A stretch of DNA of 63,746 nucleotides, filler included, from Licmophora abbreviata (GCA_900291995.1; 18 parts of 18 records of this genome joined end to end with filler, not necessarily neighbours in it), one strand, 5' to 3'; shown: positions 24,250 to 38,000, numbered from the whole stretch's first letter. Translations and numbers: made by a program. The notes: generated by a model from the sequence alone, not told the origin.

Positions 24250-24453
24250 GAAGAAGGGAAACGAGAACGGGCAGCGATGGCGCAGCAGTTTAGGCCATGG
24301 TCAGTTCGACCGCGGTCAAACTCGATTTTGTCGTCGGAAGTTCACGAGCTAGCNNNNNNNNNNNNNNNNNNNNNNNNNNNNNNNNNNNNNNNNNNNNTTA
24401 ATTAATTAANNNNNNNNNNNNNNNNNNNNNNNNNNNNNNNNNNNNNNNNNNNN

Positions 24454-26027
24454 CCAAACGCTCCACTGTATCCACCATACCCCGTATGTCTCCCAAAGCA
24501 AAGACTGAATGACACGCCATCCACGGAGCAACAATAGCCATTGCCGTGATTGTGCCCCACCGCAACGACCCAGACATTGCCGTCACTCTCCAGAGCATTC
24601 ATCATACTCGCCCCGTCCCCACCGTCGACAAGGGCATCCACTCTCCCGTCGCCATTGAGTCCCACGCATCGATCTTCACTGTATACGAACTGCTGATTCG
24701 TCGGAATGTGCTGAAAAACCAGTGCTGGTACACTGTCAACCCGCTCCTCTTGAAACCATGTCACTTGGGACTGCAATAGTTGCTGAGGCAAACTCCCACC
24801 GCCTGTGTCCAACAGAATCAGCTGCGCAGCAACATTGCCTTGTGAATTATAAATAGGCAGCACATAATTGGACGTTCCAAAGACACTGGAGGGACCCGCC
24901 TGAGTGAGAGACAGGGGGAATTGTTGATCGGTCGCTACCAGCGACGCACGAGACGTTTTGGCCGGCGCACCGCCCTCAAAGGGTGCATCGTCCGATTCAC
25001 CAAAGAGAATAGCCCAGGGAGTATTGTACTGCGATAGTCGATTTCCCAGCAAGTTATAATAGGCCGTCGCATTTTCATCAATCACATTCGCGGAAATGAT
25101 GTCACCCGATAAGACTAGTAGGTCTGGCTGTTCGTCTGGAAGAACTGTCTGCAAGACACTCCATGTACCATCGTCCAACTCGGGAGACTCGCCAAGGTGC
25201 AAATCGGTGAGCTGGAGAATCTTGAAAGTCCCCGTGGCGGGTGCGGTCAAGCCAGGTGTGTCGGTAGCAACGGGTGTACTGGAAGGAGAGGTCGAGGCAA
25301 AAGGAGACGTCGAGGGAACAGCAGTTGTCGATAGTTCTGTTGGAGACAATGTCGAGGGAATGTCCGTGATACGACTCGTTGTCGTCGTTGGCGTCAATGA
25401 TGGCGAAATGGATAACGGATCCGCAGTCGGCTCAGATCCGCTGGTAATGAAGGTTGGTACACTGGTAACGAGCGTTGAGTCGGATGGGCTGGCCGTGACG
25501 GGAGACTGACTTGGTAATAAATTTGTAGGGGTCACAGTGCCTGTTGCAGTCGGTGTCATACTATGAGTCGGTACCAACGACGGCGACTCGAGCGTTGACG
25601 GCGCATCACTCAGAGCGGATGAAACAGGAGGTCCTGGAGCCAGCGATGGGGTTTCCGATGCGACGGTAGCTGTAGGTGCTATCGAACCATCGACGCTGGG
25701 TACCAGACTGGGTACTTGACTGGGTGATAGACTAGGCCACTGACTAGGCGCAAGACTGGGTACAAGACTAGGTGCTTCCGAGCTCCCTCGCAGCGACGGC
25801 GCTACCGAGGATGGTGTCGATCCCACCAGAGAATCGATAGAAGGAGAAGCAGAGGGTACGGCTGGAGCTATTGAGGGTGCTCCACTGCCACTGTTTCCTA
25901 TGTCACTGGTGTTGACCGACGAGGAATTGCTTGAGTTTTGTTCCACTAAGGTCACGGATATAGCCACGACAATGGCTGCTACCATGCCGACTCCCAGAGC
26001 TATGTAGACAATCTTGAGTCGACTCAT
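24454..26027 (-). CDS. Metallophosphoesterase copy 3 with a long Ser/Thr/Pro stalk; 3' end lost in spacer
   Basis: N-terminal TM, ~230 aa S/T/P-rich stalk, then QLTDLHLGE, LSGDII, FGESDD (in place of GNHDD), FQHIP and GHNHGNGYCC. Confidence 0.88.
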
Positions 26028-26440
26028 GCTATTGTTTTAGACCGGTCAAGACGAGCAAGATGACTGTGGAGGCTCCAAATCATGCACGATACAACAAGGC
26101 CCATGTTCATTTCACTCCCGCTAACAGCAGCACCACCGCGGTGTCCAAAATTTCGACCCGACTCCAAATTTTGTCGGCGCGAGCGTTGCGGGAAAGGCCA
26201 ATGCCACACTGGTGACTGAAGGAGTCACGAGTCAGACGCAGGAATCAGGAATCTTCGGTACATGATGAGTGATGAGTACGTCACAAGTTGAGTTTGTGTA
26301 GACTACCTACTACATCCTACGCAAGCGATCTTCCCGCTGTCGCCATTGCGTGGTCGGATCGGCGGCGTGTGGCAACCCTTGCAGTCTTTTTCTCTCTCTC
26401 TTCGATCCTTTTCTCGTTTCCTTCCACCCCTTCCTTCACC

Positions 26441-27002
26441 ATGGTCTTGACAGCAGATGACAAGTCCAAGTACAATGACTTGATGAGCAAGATGCGACCG
26501 GACTTTGAAGAATTCAAAAAGCGCTGGGCGAATCGCGGAGCCGAGGCGCGCGTGGCCCGGCATCAGGCGAAACTTGCTAGCGGACACAAGACGTGGCGAC
26601 AAATGAAGGGAGCGGAACTTATGATTCATGAAATCAAGCATCCTGGAAACCGACCCTTCATGTGGGGATTCTTGTAAGTGATCAACTTGTCGAGCAAGAG
26701 GGCGATGGAAGGAGTGTCGTAATACTAGTTGTTTATTTTCGTATTGGATTGGGCGGTGCAATACGGCTTTTCACCGATTTATCGTACTCATNNNNNNNNN
26801 NNNNNNNNNNNNNNNNNNNNNNNNNNNNNNNNNNNTTAATTAATTAANNNNNNNNNNNNNNNNNNNNNNNNNNNNNNNNNNNNNNNNNNNNGTTCGCAGC
26901 ACCGTCGGAGTCTTTGCTTTGTATGTTCAGTCGACCTTTACCGATGAGACACGAAAGACTTCCGAGTACTATCAGACCTTTCATGCCAAGGACAAGCACT
27001 AG
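26441..27002 (+). CDS. Small single-TM protein, possibly a mitochondrial ATP synthase 6-kDa (subunit i/j-like) protein
   Basis: Exon 26441-26673 (donor gtaagt) and exon 26900-27002 (acceptor cgcag) join in phase across a spacer, giving ...HPGNRPFMWGFFTVGVFALYVQSTFTDETRKTSEYYQTFHAKDKH*. Confidence 0.6.
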
Positions 27003-27452
27003 TAGACTTTAATCTTGGGTTGTTGGACGAGGCGGGAGAGCTAGTACGATGGCTAGGTTGCTACGTGAAGCATGATAGCAGCGTAGCTCTGTGATGGTAC
27101 TTCGAAGTAGAAGATTCTGTAGGATATGATACTCTAATCGATCTTTGAGATACTGAATCCCTTCCTACGCATGCCTAATCCTTCCTTCGTTAGAATAATT
27201 ATGGTGTTGAAGGACCAAAGCTTCTCTGGGTGTCGTTGAAGGTGTGGTGTTCCGGTATTCAGACTTCGATGCAACGGTACCGAGACGAACGACACGGCGT
27301 AGCATGGTTCTAACAAAAATAGTCAACGACGCGATCGCGACAAATCAGCTTGAATCCTACTGGAGTGGTTCAGGTGTAATATATTGATCGCAAAGTAGGT
27401 TTAATTAGGAACTCGTGGCGCCCAATGATAAACACAAACCAACAGTAGGACG

Positions 27453-28981
27453 TCATCCATGCAGTGAAGAATTGTAGCCGCTGCCAGTCTTCTTGGAGGG
27501 GGGCGGGCTGCGATAGGTCCCGCTTCTCCGAGGAGAATGAAACGTACTTACTTCACTTATAACAGGACTCCTCACCTGACACATTTGGCCCAGCGGTTGT
27601 TCGTTATGGCGTTGGGCATGATTCAATGAGGGCAACTCCTCTGCCTGCCGATATACAAAAGCCGCATTGTTGCCACCGTTGATGCGTTTCAGGTAATCGT
27701 CTGCTCCTTGGTGAAAGTCCGCCAATTCCAAATTGTGGACAAATAGGCTATCGTCGGTCGAGATGGGTTTCACATCCGGAATGTGCTCGGTAATGGGGCG
27801 ATTGTAGTGTAGTTCGTAGGCGAGCACAAACCAAGCGGCTGCGGATAAACACGAAACAATCGCGGCAGGGCCAATGGCGCACGTGTCACTCAGGCAGATG
27901 CCAGTAACGAAAAAGGTCAACGTCAGTGCCTGGAACACTCCCGAAGCAGCAGCGAGGCGGACGGCCCATTTCCAAAAATTGTGCGAGGCACGACCAGAAA
28001 TGAGATAGGCCCACAAAACAGCCATGCTGTACGTGCCCGTCACGAGGGCGAGAATGCCTGCGACGCGAGACGCTTGAGGTGCTTCATCCGAGTAGGGGCT
28101 GTAGTTGAGACAGTACGTGTAGCCTTGAAAGACGCTGTCCATGGGAGTGTACTTCCACAGTCCAAAGTGAGAGTCAAACGGCTGGCCGTCCTGGCCGACC
28201 CCGAGGCGTGCTGTAGCAAAGTGACAAGAGCCCTGCACAAACAAGCTTCCAAAGAAGCCCAATACAAGGCCAATGAGTCCTGTAGACAAGAAACGATGGT
28301 AGCACAATGACGATTCTTGTTAGTCAATCTCGTTCCGAGACGTTCGCATTTTACCAGAGCATCCACGACGCTCCTCGACACTCACCAAATACAAGCAGCT
28401 GTACAACTCGAACACGCCTCTTGGCAACACGCGAGTTGTACATCCTCGCTTCTTCATCCTGAAGAACCTGGATCATATGAGCCGCTTCTTGCGCTGGTCC
28501 TGTAGCGGACATCATGGGCGAATCCACATCAGCACGACTTCGCGTCCGTGCCATTAACGATTCCGGTAAGTTCAGTCGACGTGGACGTTTTGAGTTCAAG
28601 TCGCCTTCTTCTCCGCGTTGAGGCTCGTCGTCCTCCATGGCGCTGTAGTCCATGCTATTATTGCCACCACTCATCATGGCGCTGGGGTGATACTGCGTTC
28701 GACCCCGCGACTCGGACGGTTGTTGTTGCTGCGACGAAGCAGCATCGTAAGCACCACTGCCCGCAAAGAAGTGCGGTTGCGACGACTGCGGCGGGGCGCT
28801 GTTGTACATGTGGGGGGAAGTTGCGTCACGGGATGACACAGGCGAGGCTGCCTCCTCATTGAACTTTGACTTCGAATCGACAGTGACCTCGGGCCGCCCT
28901 TCGCTCACATCGGTTGTGACTTGGTTTGATTCTTGCGGGCAGTCGTCAGAGGAACTTGTGTCGACCTTGATGGAGCCATCT
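27453..28981 (-). CDS. Four-TM (claudin-like topology) membrane protein with disordered termini; 5' end at spacer
   Basis: Low-complexity exon to 28386, gtgag donor, ctacag acceptor near 28281, then four hydrophobic helices with an FGLW...C loop motif. Confidence 0.65.
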
Positions 28982-29643
28982 NNNNNNNNNNNNNNNNNNN
29001 NNNNNNNNNNNNNNNNNNNNNNNNNTTAATTAATTAANNNNNNNNNNNNNNNNNNNNNNNNNNNNNNNNNNNNNNNNNNNNAGAGAGAGCGACTGGCTTT
29101 GGTTAAAAAAAACTATAGCAGAGAGCAGCTCAAAAGTACTGTCATTGTCAAGGGGACGAATGTCAACAATCATGGTCAGGCGGCCTCCGATCCGCTCGCT
29201 CTTGTTCGAGCCGTCTCGCGAAGTCGGCGATATATTTTTGTATTAGTCTGCTAGTACTGCAAATGTTCATTAGTATGTATTTAAACGGATCCAGATATGG
29301 TCCATATATTCACACGAGCTCGGAAAAGTCATCACGAGCTCCACACAAACAGAGGCAAAATCGACGACACGACCACGAACTTTTCGTGCTGTAGCACAAC
29401 ACCACGACGACGACGACGACGAGTCGTGACCTTTTTGCACCTCTTGCTTTCTCTATTCCTTTCGACGACCTTCTCCCTCCCTCTCTCTGAATGATCACGA
29501 CTGCTCGACAGACTCTTCGATCTCGTCATCATTTCCGCAGTTCGAGACTCAGCAGCAGCCCTTATTCAGCATCGAGAAGCAGAAGCACTCGACGAAAGGA
29601 AACGAAATCATTCGCATCCGGCAGTCATACTACAAACAGCACG

Positions 29644-31767
29644 ATGAGCAGCAGCGATGATCCGAAAAACCAAGTTTCCCTCTCCAACACTCCTCGTGAG
29701 TCATCGACAGCAGAAGGAAAGGTCACGGCGAAGCAGCAGGATTTGGAAGCTCGACAGGAAGAGCTCGACGAGGAAATGCTACAGGTACTGTGAAACATAT
29801 CTGAAGTGGTGAAACTTCACTGTGTATCCTACTCTAGTACACTGGAACTACTACTACCACCGAAACGAAGAGTCACTCACGCACTCCTTGCTTCGTCTCT
29901 CTCACACACAGGCCAAGGAAGTCTTTCAATCTCTCTTTAGTACACGCAAGCCCAAAGATGGCTGGGCCGGTCTTTCGAGCGGCTTGAAGAGTGTTGGCAA
30001 GGGCACTGCGGCGGGCCTTGCATCCTTGGTGGCGCAACCCATTGCGGGGGCGCAAGAGGGTGGCGCCAAGGGATTCTTTGCGGGCCTGGCGACGGGCGTG
30101 GCGTCGGTACGTCCGGCTTGGTTTACTTTATATACTATACTATACAACAGCAATCACACACTCACTGTTTTATGTTTGTTGTCCCTCTTGGCGGTTTGCA
30201 GGCTGTCGCGCTCCCAGTCACTGGTATTTGCGTCGGCGCCTACCAAGTCGGACGGGGTGTTGCAAACTCAGCCGAGGCCGTACGGAACTCTCGTCAGGGC
30301 ATGGTGTGGGATCAAGAAGCGCGAGAGTGGACCTATTACTACCTGGATCGAGAAAACAATGATGTCTATCGGACGGAACAAGAAAAGATATTGAAACAGA
30401 AGGAAAGTGGTTTGGATGGACCGGAACGGGTCGTCAAGGATCGAGAGTACTATGAACTCTTGAGTGTATCTACGAATGCATCGCAAGCGGACATCAAAAA
30501 GGCGTACTACAAGGAGGCTCGCAAGGTCCATCCCGACAAGAATCCAGACGATCCGACGGCTGCGCAAAAGTTTCAACAGCTCGGTCATGCCTATCAAATT
30601 CTCTCCAACGAAGAAACGCGTGCGAGGTACGACAAGAATGGAAAGCCGGAAACGACTGCCGAAGAGGAAATATCCGAGATTGATCCCTATGTCTTCTTTG
30701 CCGTCATGTTTGGATCGCATCTCGTGGAACCCTACATTGGAGAATTGTGGATTGCCAATACCGCCGATTCCTTCATGAAAGATGCTGCCGATCAGCACTT
30801 TGCGGATATCGGTGATGGACAAGTCCGACCGGGAGACGATGATGACGACGGACCAGACGGCGAGGGAACGAAGATGGATGAAATGCAGCGGAGGTCGGAA
30901 GAACAGGCAGAAGAAGCGCGCTTCAAGCAGCGCAAGCGGGAAGTCAAGTGTGCCTTGAACATTCGCGATCGCATTGCTCCGTACGTGGACGGGACGCAGG
31001 ATGCGACGACCTTTACGGCGTCATGCCAAGAGGAGGCTATGAATATTGTCAAGGGATCGTTTGGTGAAACCTTCTGTACCACGATTGGGTTTCAGCTGGA
31101 GGTGGAAGCCGAACAGTTCTTGGGTTTCCAAACTTCCTTTTTGGGTACGCAGGGTCATGCCGCTCAAGCACGTATGCGGGCCAGCGCATTTCGCAACAAC
31201 ATGAAGATCGCCGGTGCCGCCATTTCTGCAGCGCGTGCTGGGAACAAGGCATACAAGGAATTCGAGTCGGTGCAACGGAGTATGAAGGAAAAGAAGGAAG
31301 CCGAAGGGCGCGAGGGGGGTCTGACCGAGGAAGATTTGGATCCGGACCAGGCAGCCATGGCGGCAGCGCAAGTGGAAGCGGCGCTTCCGGCGGTACTGCA
31401 GTTTGCATGGGCCATTAATGTGCGGGATATTTCTCGCACTCTCAAGGTGGTATGCCGAAAGCTGTTTTCGGATGCAGGCGTGGAGATGGAGACTCGTGTG
31501 AAGAGGGCCGAGGCGGTCCAAATTCTGGGACGAGAGTTCCTCGCCATTGGCAAGATGCACGGCGGGATGAACCAACAGGTCGACAGCAAGGATATCATGG
31601 CGCGCGCGAATGCTGCCGGGATGGCAACCATGGCCAAGGCGCAAGGGCAAGATATTTCCGCCGACGATACGGAAGAGCTGATTCGACAAGCAAAGAACAT
31701 GTCTTCGGCGCAAGGTGAGGCGAGTGCGACAAATGCTGATGGAAATCAGAAGGCCTCCGCACCCTAG
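29644..31767 (+). CDS. DnaJ protein with C-terminal DnaJ-X domain
   Basis: Exons 29644-29784, 29912-30106 and 30202-31767 join in frame. J domain EYYELLSV...KKAYYKEARKVHPDKNPDDP...AYQILSNEETRARYD, then DPYVFFAVMFGS...YIGEL and WAINVRDISRTLKVVC...RVKRAEAVQILG. Confidence 0.9.
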
Positions 31768-32234
31768 AAACGTAGTCTACTATATGGCATAGGTTGGAGT
31801 CTGTTTGCGTAGCAATTGGTCCTTAGAAGGTGGCGGATCCGGGTCGACAGCCTGCTTGGGAGACACCGACGAGCTTCGTTCAACGTGCTGAATGGAATCC
31901 ATTTACGTGCTCCCGGAAAAATCCGCCTACCCGGCAGGAACCTAGGCTACCGGATTGCAATGATTGTTTAACAGTTAAGGTGAATTTGCAAGCCAGAAAA
32001 AAAGAGATCTTGCCGCGAGATCGAGCGCGCGCCGCGCTTTGACATCACATCCCGGGATTGATCTGGTGAAGAATCTTGATGCCGATGACGAGTGATGCCG
32101 ACACAGTTCCAGAAGCAAAAGGTGAGCTGCAGCTCGTCTGTTCATTGCTTCGGATCGTCTTGAAGCTTATTCTGATTTCTGTCTGCCTTTCGAAGAAGCA
32201 AGAGGCGCTGTTGTTTGAGAGAAAGACAAGAAAG

Positions 32235-34898
32235 ATGACGCCGTCCCACCTCCTTTCGATGCTCCTAGTCACCGCAGCACTTCTTCTGCCGGGACAAGTC
32301 GCTGCGCAGAGCTGCACTCTCTGCGGAGACGGCAACTCTCCCCCTAATCCAGGGGTCTCAGTTTCGGACTCTACCCTTGACGAATACGGCGCAGAGACTT
32401 GCGGCGAGCTCGCAGCCCTTCCTGAGATTCGTGCCTTGAACTTTGGAGACTGCGACCAACTTAGGGCTCTGGTGGGCGTCGGCGAGTGCGCCTGTGTTCC
32501 AAGCGAAGACGTATGTACAGTCTGTCCTGACCGATCCTTCGTTCCCAATCCTGACATCATCCTGGATGATCGGGGGACGAATTGTCGTGATCTTGCGGTG
32601 GTGGCAGCCCTGGACTCGAACTTTGGCGGCGCCGATGCCTGTGCCGACTATCATCTCGCCGGGTTTGCCTGTGGGTGCCCCCTTCCCGATTTCGACAGCC
32701 CTTGCTCGCTGTGTCAGGGTGGAGACGCCTCCCCTGCTCCTCTCGCGACGACTAGTGACGGAAATACTACATGCATTGCGCTTGAACAAGTTCTTCCGTA
32801 CTTACAAGCGGAAAGCGGCATTTGTACGTTGAGTCAGATCGATGGAGCCTTCTTCTGCGGCTGTCCGCCGCCTATTGAAGGTATTTGTGCTACCTGCCCT
32901 GATGGGTCTCTTGTCGACCCTGACATAGTCTTGGAAGAATCGGTTGATTTCAATGTCACTTGCTTGGATGTCGCTTACTTTTACAACAGTTTGGGCGACC
33001 CGGACGACGACTGCTCCTTCTTCTNNNNNNNNNNNNNNNNNNNNNNNNNNNNNNNNNNNNNNNNNNNNTTAATTAATTAANNNNNNNNNNNNNNNNNNNN
33101 NNNNNNNNNNNNNNNNNNNNNNNNCGACCCGGACGACGACTGCTCCTTCTTCTACCTGGAAACAGCTTCGCGATGTGGATGTCCTCCGGCGGTGCCCGGC
33201 GAGACTAGCTGTGATCTCTGTCCAGACGGAGACGTGAGCGATCCGAACATTGTCGTGGAAGAGCTGGACCCAGAGCAAACGTGCGGCGAAGTGGACGCGC
33301 TCATTGTGAATACTCCGCCCCAGTCCGACGCTTGTCGGTTCCTGCAGTCTGCTGCTGGTGTTCCATGTGGATGTCCCATTGCAGATGTAGGATGTACGAT
33401 TTGTCCCGACGGATCAAGCTTGCCCGATCCATCGATAAGCATTGGAGACGACTTGACATGTCGCGATGTACAGGTCACGGCCAATGCTGATGCCAGCGAC
33501 GAGTGCGATCTCTTTCACTTGAACGCGTTCACTTGTCAGTGCCCAGCCATCGAAGGAGGGTGTACGCTCTGTCAGGACGGCAGTGCTCCTACTTTACCGG
33601 ATCTCGAGATAGGGTTTCAATACACATGCCAGGATCTGCTGAATGACGCAGCCTTCATCGCTGCGGACTCGGAGCTCTGCGAAAGCCTCCAGTTCACAGG
33701 CTCGACTAGCTGCGGATGCACTCCCCTGAATGGCCCGTGCAAAGTCTGCGCCGACGGATCTGACGTACCTGATCCAGGATTCGTCATTGATGACGAAGGA
33801 ACAACGTGTGGAGCCATTCAATCCTTACTGTCGTTTGAAGAGGAGGGCGCATGCACCGATGCAGAGTATGCGGGCGCCCTGTGCGGATGTCCGCCGTTGG
33901 CGAATGGTGGTTGCTCCGCGTGCTTCGAAGGTGCCAGTTTCACGGGCGTCCCACAGGGCGGTGATGGGGATAATACCGAACTGTGTATGATGCAGGACGA
34001 GCTTCTTGGTGCAATTAGCGGCGACTCGGACATTTGCGCTGCCTTTCAGGGTGCAGCCTTCTTTGAGTGCGGATGCCCCGATTTGCCCCCGATACGCGAA
34101 AACTCCCTGTGCACACTTTGTCCCAACGGGGAGGCCCCGGAGTTTCTCGATTTTTCCTTCCCCGGCTCGACGGCTACATGCGAAGATTACTACGTCGCTG
34201 CGACATTGTTGACGGAGGAGGTGGACTGTTTCGATCTGCAGGAAACTGTTGCCGCTTTGTGTGGCTGTCCAGGTGTCTCACTCCCGAATCCTTGTACCGC
34301 GTGTGAGGGCGGATCTCCGATCCCTAATCCCAGTCTGGAGCTCATCCCCGGCATGACCTGTGAGGATTTCATTCCGATTGTACTCTTGGAGGGTCAGGAT
34401 CCCGACGCTTGTACGAGTTACCAAGCCACGGTCGGGGTGTACTGCGGGTGCGACAACCCCTTGGCAAGTGAGGGAGCCTGCCGCATTTGCCGCGGAACCA
34501 ATCTACTTTCCGACGCCACTCGACTTCTCGGTGATGGCACAAACGTAACATGTGGACAGGTCGAGTTCGAAACGTACGAGGGGGACTGCGGCGCAGCCCA
34601 ATCTCTGTACTTTGACACATGCTGCGACACAGAGGCTCCGACGCTGACTCCGAGCATGACTCCTTCTGTAGCCCCATCGGAGCTGCCTTCCGCCGAACCC
34701 TCCTCTGCTCCAAGCACTGAGCCCTCCGCTGTTTCAAGCACCGAACCCTCCATTGCGTCGAACGCATCGCCTGTTGCTGAGCCCGCGACCGAGCCACCTT
34801 CGTCGGCCAGTAGTGGCGCACTTGCGATGGTCGATGATGGTCCCTTCCTCGTAGTACTTGGATTGGCCTTTATGTCGACTCTTGTGTGTGGTCTTTAG
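32235..34898 (+). CDS. Secreted/surface Cys-rich repeat protein (CxxCPDG...TC...CGC units), ~844 aa, with a hydrophobic C-terminus
   Basis: Signal peptide MTPSHLLSMLLVTAALLLPGQVAA, many ~55-60 aa Cys repeats, a PS/TE stalk and a hydrophobic tail. A 29-bp overlap on each side of the spacer at 33025 joins the two ORFs in frame. Confidence 0.85.
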
Positions 34899-35053
34899 GT
34901 CTTGTGCTGTGCCGATTGTTTGCGAAAGGAAATGTAGCTGTCGCATCGAGCTAGTCACGAGGCAACTACTAGATTACTCACTGTCAATCTCTAAATGTCC
35001 TTGTTAGCATAACGCGATTCCTAGTTAGCTCGCGCAGGTCGCACTTAAGATTT

Positions 35054-38000
35054 TTAGACGAGTTCCACCATGTCCACGCCGGGAGGAAGCTCAACACGCG
35101 GGGGAAGTTCTGCGAGTGATGTCGATGGCTGAATCTCATCGCTTGGCCAGACAAAGATGCGCGACGCTGGTGCCCCTTGCCACACACTGTCCGCTTCTAT
35201 AACCTCTCCTGTCATGGCCAAACTCTTTTCCAACAACATCGATCCGGCTTCCATATGCACTCCCTGTTGTATGCGTGAACGGGAGCGCAGGGTCGAGTGA
35301 TCTTCGATGACGATCTTAGCCAATTCAAAGTTCCCTCGTGTGTTTAAGTGGCAAACTATCGATGAACAGTCCATCACACACCGATCTCCAATTGTGACCA
35401 AATCTGGTTCTGGCATGTATGGATCGCCGCCAGTGGGGTATAGGCAGCAGTCCTTTCCGATCTTTGTGCCATTCCATCGAAAGTACTGAGTCATGAATGG
35501 CGTCCCGCAGATGAAATCAAGAATGTTGAAACGATTTAGTTTGCGAAGCTTCCCGATGATCTGATACATTTCCCAACGCTGTGCATACGCAGATGAGTCA
35601 TAATTGTAGCGACCTTCTTGTCGTTGTCCCATGATTCCCCACTTGACCGCCAAGTCGATGCCCAGCCAGGCAACAACTCTCAGAAGGTGGGTGACGAAGA
35701 AAGAGTTCAAGATCGCAGCGTACACCGTCAAGAACGAGTACTGGACCTCGTCGAAGTCCCGATACGCATTCGGAAACCCGTATAACAACGCTGCGGCACC
35801 ATGTACGGCGCCGAGAATTGGCAGCGTATGGAACGCAGCAATAAAAGACTGAGTGACCCATGTGAGAAGTACAATAGCGCTCAGCGGCAAAACAAAGTAA
35901 GAGGCCTCGCGATTGTAAAACGCTCTTCCGAATGGGCGAAGCGTCGACTCGTCTCCTGTCATAGGTAGATCCTTGGGCTTAGCATCCGCGGACCGCAGAG
36001 CCCCCTCGAAGTTTGTCTTCGCTCCCTTTTCAAGGCAAACGGGCTGGCATCCTTTCGAACCAAACCATACGCTACCTTCGGTCAAGTGCCAGCCCTCGGG
36101 ACAGACAGAGTTGGATCCAAGAACCGCATTCTTCCCTAGAGTACTCCCAGGTAAAACGACGCAATTGTCTGAGACGTTCGACCCCGCGCAAAGTACAACT
36201 TTCTCGCAGGAGTCTATGGTCGCGCAAAAGATCGAGGAGCGAGAGCCGAACACAACGTCATCGCCTATCTCGAGCAGCTCAAATTCTCCCGAGAAAACTG
36301 GCTGATTTCCGGGCCAGAAAACTCGTTTTCCGACTTTTGCGCCCAGCAGACGGTATAGACAGCTGACCAATTCGTAGTGTCGGCCCAATAAGTCGGCAAC
36401 TTCCTGCATATTCTGCCGAGAAAACAGTGTTGCCGAAAGCCAATGGCGAAGTAGTTGCCATTCAGACCTAGTGTCTCGTGGTCCCGGCTGGAATTTGCCA
36501 ATCACGCACCATTTGACCAAGATGGCAAGCGCCATATACACTAAAGGCGACAGGATTGACTTTGCAAGTCGAATTCCAATATAGAAAGGAATGCGTCTTA
36601 CATCGCAAAGCCATCGAAGCAGGTCACTTGTATCATCGAAGCTCTTGTCCTCGTCCCAAACTTCTCGCAGCATCCAGAGAACGACTAACAGAGCCGGAAC
36701 ATATGAGATTGCATCGACTGCAAAAGTTATAGGAGCACCGAACAAGAGTTGCGTGAAGAGAGTTGGCTCTGGGATCATTCTGCGGTTGACACGAGCATGT
36801 TTCACGTCCAGGCTTGGTCCCACTTCGTAGCTCGACGTGACAGGTCCGAGATGACCGTCGTCTGGGATCGACGTAAAGGGCGCGACAACGGATCTTGCAC
36901 CGACACTGGCATTGTTGCCGACAGACACCGGCCCTAAGATCATGCATCCATTATCGACGCCAAAACCGCGTACCGTCGAGTACTCAATGGCTGCCGAGTG
37001 ACCAATGTTTACCAAGTCAAACTCAGCCACATCCGCTTCGAGGCTTATCCGTGCACCAGAACCCACTTTTGCCCCAAGCAGACGATAGTAAATGTTAAGG
37101 AACATTTCGTTCGAGCCCCAGATGCCACGTCCCAATAGCTTTCGGCATACGTCTACGAACCACCAACGAAGGTAATAGCTGCCCCATAACGGATACCGGC
37201 CTGCTCGGTATCGACCAATCACAACCCACTTGATGGAAATGAAGATCAAGGGCGTCACGGTTACCCATATGAGATGGTAGGCCAGCAAAACCAAAATGAA
37301 GTGAGCCAAATTGTGCTCCCCAGGGGTCCGTTTCGACGTTACCAGTAGAAACGAGAAGAAAAGAAAGAACCGTGACACTTGCCAGATGGGAAACACGACA
37401 AATAATGGAACGAGCTGAAACACGGAGCCCAGGAACGACCCTTCTGGTGCCCATCGCGTTGCGGTGAAGGGGGTACCTGTCAGGTCGATATCCTTTTGAT
37501 GGAAGGTAGAGCCTGTCACGCTCGACATCGCAGCGATACTTCCCTCTGGTCCCGGAGACACGCAATCTCGGCGTGACGGCATTGATGACTGAAGAGACAG
37601 AAGTCCTCCCATTTCCATTGCTTCCTTCTCTCGTTCTTGGATTAGGCTTGCCATGGCAATGCAAGTAGAATGATGGAACACTTCCGCTCCACTAAAAAGC
37701 ACACCGTGTCGCTTTCGAATGCGGCTCGCCAATTGTGAGGCAAGCATGGAACTTCCACCCAAATTGAAGAAGCTGGTCTCCGGTGCCGGCAGGCAGTCCA
37801 GGTCCAGTAAGTCAAGGAACAGCTGCTGTAGGTCTTGCACAAGAGGGTCATCATGACAGCCACCGCCGCCGTTCTTTTTCGCCTCGGCTTGTTGCAGAAT
37901 GTGTCCGATAGCATCGCTAGGTTTCGGGTGCGTCAAATCAAGGTCCGACCGGATGGGGTTCTTAGCCTGCACAAAGTGCGAAGGCACTGCGTAGCGGTGC

